A stretch of 17,071 nucleotides of DNA from an uncultured Deinococcales bacterium. Lineage in GTDB: Bacteria > Deinococcota > Deinococci > Deinococcales > JAAFIG01. Below are positions 7,820-15,716 of the stretch, in pieces. Location of the stretch: contig CAXTTL010000095.1 of assembly GCA_964247135.1 (NCBI GenBank), forward strand, positions 1 through 17,071. Direction: 5' to 3'. Made by a program: the position numbers and the translations under genes. The notes beneath the pieces were generated by a model. The model was given only the letters and a program-made list of their open reading frames with translations. It made no database searches and was not told where the DNA came from. Each line of letters opens with the position of its first letter. The stretch's first letter is position 1.

Positions 7820-8463
7820 AGAAAATCATTTTGTTGGCGGCGATGGGTTCTGAGGTTGCGCCGCTCGAGAAAAAACTGCCTGGAGTGGTGATTCTGGGAA
7901 CGGGCGTGGGCAAGGTCGCGGCTGCCATGAACACGCAACGCGCCATCTTTGAGCATCAACCCGATGCGATTGTCTTTGTGGGCGTGGCTGGCGGTTTGGG
8001 CGGTCTCTCGAGGTTGGATGTGGTGGTTGCCAAAGACGCGGTGCAGTGGGATGTGGACATCACGCCGATCAACGGTGGTGAGCTTGGCACACTCAACAAT
8101 GGACAGCGCTTTTTACCGCTCGAGGAACACGGCTCGAGTTTGGCATTGCAGGCTTCGCTCGCGCTCAGATACCCGAGCATTCTGGGGCGGGTCGCTTCGG
8201 GCGATGCGTTTGTGGCTGACCCTGGCAAAAGCGCTTGGATTCAAAAGACCTTCCAAGCCGATGCGGTCGAGATGGAGGGCGCGGCGGCGTTGCAAGTTGC
8301 TTTGGCAAACAAAATTCCGATGGTTTTGATTCGCGTGATCTCCGACGGTGCAGGCGACGACGCCCCGATGAGTTTCAGCGATTTTCTCGAGGCTGCCGCC
8401 GAACGCGCCGCCAACGTGGTTGCCGCGTTCTTGCCCAAGTGGCTCGAGCATCTTGAAGCGTAA
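7816..8463 (+). CDS. mtnN: 5'-methylthioadenosine/S-adenosylhomocysteine nucleosidase (Pfs)
   Basis: AMxxE, GVGKVAAA, GVAGG, SGDAFV, VEMEGAA and RVISD motifs; ATGA overlap with luxS. Confidence 0.92.
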   Translation: MKKIILLAAMGSEVAPLEKKLPGVVILGTGVGKVAAAMNTQRAIFEHQPDAIVFVGVAGGLGGLSRLDVVVAKDAVQWDVDITPINGGELGTLNNGQRFLPLEEHGSSLALQASLALRYPSILGRVASGDAFVADPGKSAWIQKTFQADAVEMEGAAALQVALANKIPMVLIRVISDGAGDDAPMSFSDFLEAAAERAANVVAAFLPKWLEHLEA

Positions 8464-8468
8464 TTCAC

Positions 8469-8978
8469 ATGACACCTGAACCGACCAACCTCGAGCGTCT
8501 TGATCGGGCGTTGTCGCAACTCGCGGCGACCCTCGAGGTGATCTACTCGCGGCGGGTGCTCGAGGATGTGCTGGGCGATCTCGAGGAGGTCACGGCAGCG
8601 CAACTTCGCACCCTCAAGCTGCTCTCGGGCGAATCGATGGACGGCACGGGTTTGTTGATTGGCGCGATCAGTCAAGGTTTAAGAATCTCTTATCCTGCGG
8701 CGAGCAAAGCCGTGGATCGTCTGGTCGAACGCGATCTGGCGGAACGAAAACGAAGCGACGGCGATGCGCGTCAAACCTTTGTGCGGCTGACCGAACGGGG
8801 TCGTGAGGTGATTGGGAAAGTCAGGCTCGAGCGGCAAGTCAAACTCGAACGGGCATTGCAGCAGATTGGTGATGAACGCACGATTGGCGAATTTACAAAA
8901 CTGCTCGAAGCGTTCACAACTCAATCGGTGCAGGACCCTCAAGATGCGCTGGAAGTCAAACTCGAGACAGGGTTTTAA
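8469..8978 (+). CDS. MarR family transcriptional regulator
   Basis: VTAAQLRTLKLL, wHTH ISQGLRISYPAASKAVDRLVERDL and DARQTFVRLTERG; starts 5 nt after the mtnN stop. Confidence 0.9.
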   Translation: MTPEPTNLERLDRALSQLAATLEVIYSRRVLEDVLGDLEEVTAAQLRTLKLLSGESMDGTGLLIGAISQGLRISYPAASKAVDRLVERDLAERKRSDGDARQTFVRLTERGREVIGKVRLERQVKLERALQQIGDERTIGEFTKLLEAFTTQSVQDPQDALEVKLETGF

Positions 8979-10276
8979 AACGTTTGAATCAACCCGTAAG
9001 TCTCGAGCATGGTTTGAAGCGCAAGGCTCGAGCTGGCGGACTTTGCACTGACCAGGGTCGCCACGCATTTGTCTTTTAAGGGCGCGTATGGTTTGTTCTT
9101 GTCCAAGCGAAACGAACCCGCACCCGTCAGGCTCGCGCCAGCGATGCCTGTGATTTCAAAATTGCAAACAATCTGCGAAAACGCCCCGCTCAGCTCGAGA
9201 ATCGCACGGTTTTCCTTGCTCGAGTAAAAGAAAAACGCATCGAGTTTTGCATTGCCATTTTTGGCGGTGCCGCTGGGCACATTCGCCAGAAGTTTGGTCA
9301 AATTGACATCGTAAATTTGCGCCCCAATTTGCACTTTCCAGGTTTGACCCACTTCAATGTTCGGTGGCCAAGAAAGCTTGATGTTGCTCAAAGCTGGCGG
9401 GGTTGTGCCAGCTTTGATGATGCCAGGACCGCCGGTCAATTCGGCGGTGCAAATCTGATTGAGTAGAGCTGTCTGGGAATTCTTGTCTTTTTGAAAGACC
9501 GCCTCGCCCGTTAAAGTCTGACCGTTCAAACCGCCCTCACCAAACACGCAACCCCAAACGCCGACGCCATCGGTCAACTGCAACACGGCATTGCGGGTAT
9601 CCGCAACCCAGTAAAAATAGGCGTCCAAACTCGAGGTGCCATTGCTGGCTTTGCCGTAAGGATCGCCGTCCTTGTCTTTGGCATTTAACGTTAGGGTCCA
9701 GTCACCAACGGTCGCAATGCTGACTTGCCAGGTCTGCCCGACCTCGAGATTTGGGGGCCACAAGGCATTGACTTTTGGGGTTGGATCACTTGAGTTTTGG
9801 GCGGTTAAATCTGGCTTGGCTCGCCCCGTGCCGTCGTCGAGCGCCGCCGTACAAAACCCCGAGTACGGTTTAAAAGCGCTGCCCGAGTCTTTGACGAAAG
9901 TTGCACCGGTCATGATGTACTCGGTCACACCGTAAGACCCAAATTGGCACAATTGCGAGATTTTACCGTCGGTCAGGAGCAAATTGGCAAAATCTTTTTG
10001 CTTGTCATAATAAAAAAAGACGTTTAAGACCCTCGGATTTCGTAAATTTTTGGCGTTGCCGATTGGATCGCCGTCCGCGTCTTTGCCGTCCAGCGTGACC
10101 ATCCAATCGCCAAGCTTTTCGATGCTGACATACCAGGTTTGTCCAACCACGATTTTTGGGGGCCAACCGATAGCACCCGTGACCGTTGGTGCGGCGGTGA
10201 CGGGTTGTGTCTGGGCGAAAGAAATTCCAGTACCGAACAGACAAAGCAGCAAAAAGACCAGTTTAATCGGTTTCAT
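8975..10276 (-). CDS. Secreted hypothetical protein with three ~130-aa tandem repeat domains
   Basis: Signal peptide ending SFA-Q; three units starting WPPx[IL]xVGQTWxVxI, each with two conserved Cys. Confidence 0.85.
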   Translation of the reverse strand: MKPIKLVFLLLCLFGTGISFAQTQPVTAAPTVTGAIGWPPKIVVGQTWYVSIEKLGDWMVTLDGKDADGDPIGNAKNLRNPRVLNVFFYYDKQKDFANLLLTDGKISQLCQFGSYGVTEYIMTGATFVKDSGSAFKPYSGFCTAALDDGTGRAKPDLTAQNSSDPTPKVNALWPPNLEVGQTWQVSIATVGDWTLTLNAKDKDGDPYGKASNGTSSLDAYFYWVADTRNAVLQLTDGVGVWGCVFGEGGLNGQTLTGEAVFQKDKNSQTALLNQICTAELTGGPGIIKAGTTPPALSNIKLSWPPNIEVGQTWKVQIGAQIYDVNLTKLLANVPSGTAKNGNAKLDAFFFYSSKENRAILELSGAFSQIVCNFEITGIAGASLTGAGSFRLDKNKPYAPLKDKCVATLVSAKSASSSLALQTMLETYGLIQTF

Positions 10277-10429
10277 TGGTCATCAGTCTGTCATAAATTC
10301 ATGAGCGGATTTTTCAGATTGGATTGACCCAATCACCGTTTGATCGTCTGCACCTCAGCTTTAAAACTCGAGTGTGGCGGATTGATTTACTGATGCCCAG
10401 AATTGACCTTGTTTGACATCCAGAGCCAG

Positions 10430-10435
10430 TATAAT
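10430..10435 (+). promoter_or_regulatory. -10 box TATAAT, leaderless start at GTG 10442
   Basis: Perfect TATAAT 6 nt before an in-frame GTG. Confidence 0.7.
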
Positions 10436-10441
10436 GACCCC

Positions 10442-12364
10442 GTGTCGGAAGATCCTAAGCAATCAATGGTTGAGCTTTACGAGTATAAAGTCGCAGACTT
10501 GATCGCTGGGCGCGAACCGCTCGGCGGGAAGCAATCGGTCAAAACCTTGAGGGACACCATTGCAAAGCTGGCGTTGACTGGTCAACAACTCAGGCGTTAC
10601 CGCGAGACGGATCGAAAACTCCGAGAGAAAAGCGCGGCGCCAAAGTCGTTGACCCAAACCGTTGAGGGCGAAAAACTCGATGTCAACGTGGGCTTGAATC
10701 TTGACCTTGATTCTTCAATGCCCGCCGTTGTGCCAGTCGTGAGCGACAAACAGATGGCGATGGCGAACCTCGAGTTGACCGACGGCGAAACTTTCGTGTT
10801 TAAAGCGCTCAGCCATGCGGCTTGGTGTGTGGATTTTCGTGAGGAGGTACAGTCTCAGAACAAGCGCTTTAGGCTCGAGCCAAACCGCCCGAGCTTGCGT
10901 TTGATTTACGCGACGCTGCACAACCTCGAGCAATATTCGGAGTTGCCTGGTTTTAGCCAGGATTTGAACCTTGCCAAGTTTAAAGTCATTTCAGCCGTAC
11001 CAAACAGCGACGATCCGCTGATCAGTTTGGGCAACAGCGATGTGGTCAATGAACTCTTGGAAGGTCTTGCCAACCACATCGCCAGTTTTTCGCAGCTTTA
11101 CCCCAAATTGACCATGCCAAGCAGCGAAACCCTCTCGTACCTGCGTCGTTTTGCGGTGGCGGTGGCGAACGACAGCACCGCCGGCGAACCGCCACCGGTG
11201 GTCAGTCCCAGCCCGCGCGAAATTCAAAACGCGCTCGAGGATGTGCGCCGCGAGAACCTCAACCCCGAAGCCAAACGCACCATGCTCGAGCGCCTGCAAA
11301 AACAACTCGAGCACGCGCTGAGTCAAGAAAAAACCTTGCTCGGTCGTTACGAGTCTGATCGCCGCGCCCTGCAAGAATCGGTTGAAACCATTTTCGGTTA
11401 TTTGATCGACCAGGTGCCAGAGCGTTTGGGTGGTCGTGCCAAAGACCGCAATCCAGTTCAAAAGGCGTTAAACGCCCAAAACGAGGATTTAAGGCTCGAG
11501 ACCCTCAATCCAAACGCCACCGAGGTTGCGGTGCGTTTGCAACGAACCGGCGGCACGAGCTTGGCGGGCATCGAGGTGCATTGGCACACCCAGCCCGAAG
11601 GTTGGGCGATTGAGGTCGGCGGCGCGGAATACCCCTTGCAATCGGACATGAGCATTCCGCTCGAGGGACAAGAGATTCGCATTTATACCAAACAGGCGCT
11701 CGGCGCGATTTATGCCCTGATCAAAATTCGTGATCGTGGCGGGGCGAGCACCCTCTGGGAGGCGCTGAAACTTGCCCGTACCGTGGCGGTCATGCTCGAC
11801 CCCAATGAGCAATACCTCAATCTTCGGCTGGCACGGGCGGCGACCAGTTGGATCAAAGACCGTCGGGTTGACCTCGAGCAGGTCAGTCCCGAAGTTGCCG
11901 CCAATTGGGCAAACGCGCCCGAGGATCGTCTGCTCGATTTTGCCCGCAAAGGCGCGAGCCGTTTGCAGGACATGTTCAAACGCAGCCCAGAGGCGGTGCT
12001 CGAGCGGGCGTTTTTTGCCAGCGCCGAATCGCTGTCCGAACCTGGTGGAACCAACAGCGCCAACATTGTGACCAAAGCCTTCCGAGAGCTGTTGAAAATG
12101 CCCGACCATGAGCCGATTGAAGGCTTGGACATCAAAAAACCCGACGAGGCATTGCTGGTCTTGTACCGTGGCGAACCGATCACCATTCGCGTGATGCAAC
12201 GCGCCCTGACCATTCGCACCGACAACTTGGGCAAAGTTTATGTGCTGCTGCCTGGCGGCGGTGGACGAACCCTGGAGCAAATTTTGGTCCATCACATGCC
12301 TGGCGGCGCGATCATCATGGCTCGGGAGGGTTTGCGGATTGCCTTGAGTTATATTGCCGTATGA
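10442..12364 (+). CDS. Large hypothetical protein (~640 aa) with a central coiled coil, probably Deinococcota-conserved
   Basis: Long ORF with host-like composition. The N-terminus (MVELYEYKVADLIAGREPLGG) resembles Thermus/Meiothermus hypothetical proteins from memory. Start reassigned from 10403. Confidence 0.85.
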   Translation: MSEDPKQSMVELYEYKVADLIAGREPLGGKQSVKTLRDTIAKLALTGQQLRRYRETDRKLREKSAAPKSLTQTVEGEKLDVNVGLNLDLDSSMPAVVPVVSDKQMAMANLELTDGETFVFKALSHAAWCVDFREEVQSQNKRFRLEPNRPSLRLIYATLHNLEQYSELPGFSQDLNLAKFKVISAVPNSDDPLISLGNSDVVNELLEGLANHIASFSQLYPKLTMPSSETLSYLRRFAVAVANDSTAGEPPPVVSPSPREIQNALEDVRRENLNPEAKRTMLERLQKQLEHALSQEKTLLGRYESDRRALQESVETIFGYLIDQVPERLGGRAKDRNPVQKALNAQNEDLRLETLNPNATEVAVRLQRTGGTSLAGIEVHWHTQPEGWAIEVGGAEYPLQSDMSIPLEGQEIRIYTKQALGAIYALIKIRDRGGASTLWEALKLARTVAVMLDPNEQYLNLRLARAATSWIKDRRVDLEQVSPEVAANWANAPEDRLLDFARKGASRLQDMFKRSPEAVLERAFFASAESLSEPGGTNSANIVTKAFRELLKMPDHEPIEGLDIKKPDEALLVLYRGEPITIRVMQRALTIRTDNLGKVYVLLPGGGGRTLEQILVHHMPGGAIIMAREGLRIALSYIAV

Positions 12365-12711
12365 CCTGGCAGGAAGTCTTGGCGCTTCACGGCTCGAGGC
12401 GCGGCATTCGGATTGATGCCAGCCGTGCCAGCCTGCTGCTCGACTTTGGCTTGAGCGTTTACCACAACCGCCGCGAGGCAGGGTTTTTGTTTTACGAGGG
12501 CGAGGGCAAATCGGGCGATCAAACGCCCACCAAAGGCAATGCGGGACTTCTCGAGTGCCTGGAAAGCAAACGCCCTGTCTTGGTGCTCGAGCGTTTAAAA
12601 CCAGGAATCTGGCAGAACGCTGGCGAGCACTTGGTGGTTGGCGTTGAATACCATAAGCTCGAGGTGCAGCAGCGTTATGTTTTTATCTTCAAATTAAAAC
12701 CCACACAATAA
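12361..12711 (+). CDS. Stand-alone SRA/YDG-like (PUA-fold) domain protein
   Basis: LH...GI...SLLL...Y.N...F.YEGEG..GDQ..TKGN.GL...PV.V...W...G...V...F.FKL follows the SRA signature order; ATGA overlap with the upstream gene. Confidence 0.72.
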   Translation: MTWQEVLALHGSRRGIRIDASRASLLLDFGLSVYHNRREAGFLFYEGEGKSGDQTPTKGNAGLLECLESKRPVLVLERLKPGIWQNAGEHLVVGVEYHKLEVQQRYVFIFKLKPTQ

Positions 12712-12755
12712 AATAGCTCGAGCAAACATCTCATGTTGGTGTTTATCATGCGGTC

Positions 12756-13406
12756 ATGACTTCCAAAACTCGAGTTTTGCTTGCCTGTTGGTTGGCGTTG
12801 GTATTCGGCTTTGCCTTCGCCCAACAAGCGCAACCAGCGACCCAAAGCAAAAAAGACCCAATCCGAATCTATGGTTTGCAGGAGGCAAAACTGCGTTTTC
12901 AACTCGGGCGCAACTCGAGGGTGCTGGACTTAAAGGCTGACCTGAACGGTTGTTGGACCGCGATTTACGACCCTGAAAATTCCAAGTTGTCATCCGAAAA
13001 AATCGTGCTTTTCCCTCGGGTGCTCGATGAGGTAACAAAGTCTGGGTTTTGGTACGTGCTCTCGCAAATCAATTTGACCAGCGGTTGCAACGTCCAAGGT
13101 TACTGCGGTGCGGGCAGCGTGACGCAAGTGTTGTGGTTTAAATTTGATCGCCAATTAAAAGCCATCAAACGTCAATCGGTAATGGTCAGCGATTGCGCCA
13201 CCAACATCGAACCCCTAAAATTTTCGGGACGCGGCGGATTTGACGACATTCAAACAACACTCGAGATGCGTGGCGGTATGCTCGAGGTCAGTTATGAGCG
13301 AGCCGATTTCGGCACCAAGATCAATACGGTGTCTAAACTACGTTATGACCGACGCCGTCCCGAAAACGGTTTGGTGATCTCGAGCAAAACCTTTGCCCTC
13401 AAATAA
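12756..13406 (+). CDS. Secreted hypothetical protein
   Basis: Signal peptide ending AFA-Q; four Cys in the mature part including CNVQGYCGAG; TATCAT (12744-12749) 6 nt before the ATG suggests its own leaderless promoter. Confidence 0.8.
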   Translation: MTSKTRVLLACWLALVFGFAFAQQAQPATQSKKDPIRIYGLQEAKLRFQLGRNSRVLDLKADLNGCWTAIYDPENSKLSSEKIVLFPRVLDEVTKSGFWYVLSQINLTSGCNVQGYCGAGSVTQVLWFKFDRQLKAIKRQSVMVSDCATNIEPLKFSGRGGFDDIQTTLEMRGGMLEVSYERADFGTKINTVSKLRYDRRRPENGLVISSKTFALK

Positions 13407-13483
13407 GCATTCCGAACTTTCCCACCGCTCTTGTGATGGAAAGGAACGCCCGAAGATCAGTATGGCTGGTATCGTGTTGCTTG

Positions 13484-14566
13484 ATGATTCAAGGTCGCCT
13501 AAAAGATTACCCGATTGCCGATTTGCTTGGTCTGATCTCAAACGGACAAAAGTCTGGCGTGCTGACCGTGAAACTCGACGAACGCGAAGCCAGAATCCAT
13601 TTTGAAATGGGCAAGGTCTTGTACGCTCGGGTCGAGGACGGCGCGAACCTCGGCGAGTACCTGGTGCGATTTGAATTGATGAACCCCGAAGAGATTCAAA
13701 ATTTGATCGCCCGTCAGCACAAAGAAAACCCGCACACGCCGCTGGGCATGATGGCGGTGCGCTCGGGCAACATCAACGAGGAAGACCTCAAGCGGGCGCT
13801 CGAGGCGCAGTGCCTGGACGCCACCACCGAAGTGTTGATTTGGAACGACAATCAACGCTCGAGGTTTGATTTTAAAGAGCGCGGTCCAGACGCGTCTCAA
13901 GTTCCAACCCAGCATATTTTTGACCCGATGGCGTTGCTCTTGGAAGCGACCCGCAGGCTCGACGAATGGCGGCGCGGACAGGTCAAACCCTACGATGTTT
14001 TTGAGGTCGCACTCGAGGCGAGCAATCCGCCGCCGACGCTGTCCGTCGGCGAGTGGGAGTTGCTGCATTTGGTCGATGGTCAACGCTCCGCCGCCAGTAT
14101 CGCCGCCGAACTCGACATTCCCGAGGGCGAAACCTACCGCCGCTTGTTCTTGCTGCTCGAGCGAAATTTGTTGCGCCGTGCCGATGTGCGCCCCGAAGAC
14201 CCCTGGGTTTTGATCGTGACCGAGAGCCACACCACGCGGCGTTTGAACACCATGACCCTGACCCGCGAACGCTACCGCGTGATGCACGCCGACAGCCTCG
14301 AGAAAGCCAAAGAACTGCTCGAGGAGCGCCGTCCGAACACGATCTTGCTCGACTGGGCAAATCCGATTGAAGCCGCCAAACAATTCCGTGCAGTCAAAGG
14401 CAAGAACCTGACACCGATCATCGCCATTGTCAAAGAAGAACCACGCCAGGGTGGCTTTTTCAACCGCAACAACAACACAGTGTCCAACTTGCGGTTTTTG
14501 TTAAAACCCTATTCGGAAATGCAGCTTCTGGCGTCCGTCTTGGCGGTCACGGGACGCTCGGTTTAA
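13484..14566 (+). CDS. DUF4388 (PatA_N-like) protein with a C-terminal atypical receiver domain
   Basis: MIQGRLKDYPIADLLGLISNGQKSGVL...IHFEMGKVLYA, LLLEATRRLDEW, a wHTH-like segment, then WVLIVTES...ILLD...PIIAI...LLKPY. Start reassigned using TGgTATCGT at 13467-13475. Confidence 0.85.
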   Translation: MIQGRLKDYPIADLLGLISNGQKSGVLTVKLDEREARIHFEMGKVLYARVEDGANLGEYLVRFELMNPEEIQNLIARQHKENPHTPLGMMAVRSGNINEEDLKRALEAQCLDATTEVLIWNDNQRSRFDFKERGPDASQVPTQHIFDPMALLLEATRRLDEWRRGQVKPYDVFEVALEASNPPPTLSVGEWELLHLVDGQRSAASIAAELDIPEGETYRRLFLLLERNLLRRADVRPEDPWVLIVTESHTTRRLNTMTLTRERYRVMHADSLEKAKELLEERRPNTILLDWANPIEAAKQFRAVKGKNLTPIIAIVKEEPRQGGFFNRNNNTVSNLRFLLKPYSEMQLLASVLAVTGRSV

Positions 14567-14585
14567 GGGCTGCTCGATTCAAGAA

Positions 14586-15629
14586 CTATGGCGCTCGAGC
14601 CTCAATCGTGCCGGCGTCGGTTTGCAAATGAACTTTGGCTGGGTGTTGCCCAGTTTGGGTAGCCGTGAATTGATGCTCGGTCAATTCGCCAGTTTGGTTC
14701 ACCACAAATCCATTCAACTGAAGACTCAGTTCGCCAATGCTGGTCTGTCCCTCGAGTTCGATCCCGTCGGAGGCGCTAAAATCCTCGAGCGTCAGCGTTC
14801 CCAGGTTGGTGCCGAGCGTATTGCTGGAATCAGGCTCGAGCAGAATATTTTTGGCGCCGACATCACCCGTATCGGTCTTTAAATTCAGGCTGCCCCGAAT
14901 GTTGTTGGTTTGGATCGAACCCATGTTTGTCTCGAGCACGACCGCGCCTTCAACATCAGTCAAGTTCAAATCTCCGGTGTCCGCCTGCATGTTGACCTGT
15001 GATTTGCCCAGACGCTGCGCGGTGATCGTGCCGATATCGGTTTTGAGTTCAATACTGCCTTGAGCGTCTTTCAGGTCGATGTTCCCAGTGTCAGTTTGCA
15101 AATGAACCGTGGCTGTTCCCAAGTTTCGAGCCTCAATATCACCAACGCTGGTGGTCACGTCCAACGAACGCAACAAGCCGGCAACGGTCACATCCCCAAC
15201 ATCGGTTTGAAGCTGAACCTCGAGGTCTTGGGGAATATTGAGTGTGATGTCGATGCCGCAACCATTGCAAATTTTGGTTTTGATTTTGCCAGTCAACCAC
15301 AGCGTGTCGTTGGCTGTCTCGAGTTTGAATGCCAGGTTCTCGGGTTTGTGAAATCGTTTGGTGATGGTCAGGCTTGGGGTTTTGCCACCGCTGACGACAC
15401 GAATTTTGCCAACCTCGTTCTTTACATTTAACTTGTGCCAATCGCCAGGCTCGAGGGTTTTGGTTTCAACCGTCTCTTTGATCGGACCCGATTGTAAAAA
15501 CACTTTTGCGCCCACCTGACCCAGCGCAAGCGCCGTCGCTTTGCTCGCGTGCAAAATTCCGTTACACGCCGAGACTGCCACCAACGCGCCGCACGCCAAG
15601 ATCAGAAACTCGATTTTGAATCCCCTCAT
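14586..15629 (-). CDS. DUF4097 beta-strand repeat (putative adhesin-like) protein, probable lipoprotein
   Basis: Many [LV]xTDxGD[IVL] repeats at ~19-20 aa spacing; hydrophobic N-terminus ending in the lipobox VSAC. Confidence 0.88.
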   Translation of the reverse strand: MRGFKIEFLILACGALVAVSACNGILHASKATALALGQVGAKVFLQSGPIKETVETKTLEPGDWHKLNVKNEVGKIRVVSGGKTPSLTITKRFHKPENLAFKLETANDTLWLTGKIKTKICNGCGIDITLNIPQDLEVQLQTDVGDVTVAGLLRSLDVTTSVGDIEARNLGTATVHLQTDTGNIDLKDAQGSIELKTDIGTITAQRLGKSQVNMQADTGDLNLTDVEGAVVLETNMGSIQTNNIRGSLNLKTDTGDVGAKNILLEPDSSNTLGTNLGTLTLEDFSASDGIELEGQTSIGELSLQLNGFVVNQTGELTEHQFTATQTGQHPAKVHLQTDAGTIEARAP

Positions 15630-15682
15630 GTTTTGTTCCCCTTCCGTGTCACAATCTAAAATGATGATGCGCCCATATTTCC

Positions 15683-15702
15683 AAGATTCATCGAAGATTC
15701 AT
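15683..15702. promoter_or_regulatory. Direct repeat AAGATTCAT x2 at 11-bp period in the divergent DUF4097/guaD intergenic region
   Basis: Identical 9-mers at 15683-15691 and 15694-15702. Confidence 0.5.
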
Positions 15703-15716
15703 TCAAGGCTCGAGTC

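Noticed and set aside
10403-10441. Canonical TTGACA/TATAAT promoter pair, and the TTG start at 10403
   Set aside because: The two hexamers are only 11 nt apart, so they are not a sigma70 pair; the -10 alone points to the GTG 10442 start.
11489-12295. 268-aa minus-strand ORF
   Set aside because: Antisense shadow of the 640-aa gene.
13538-14383. 281-aa minus-strand ORF
   Set aside because: Antisense shadow of the DUF4388 gene.
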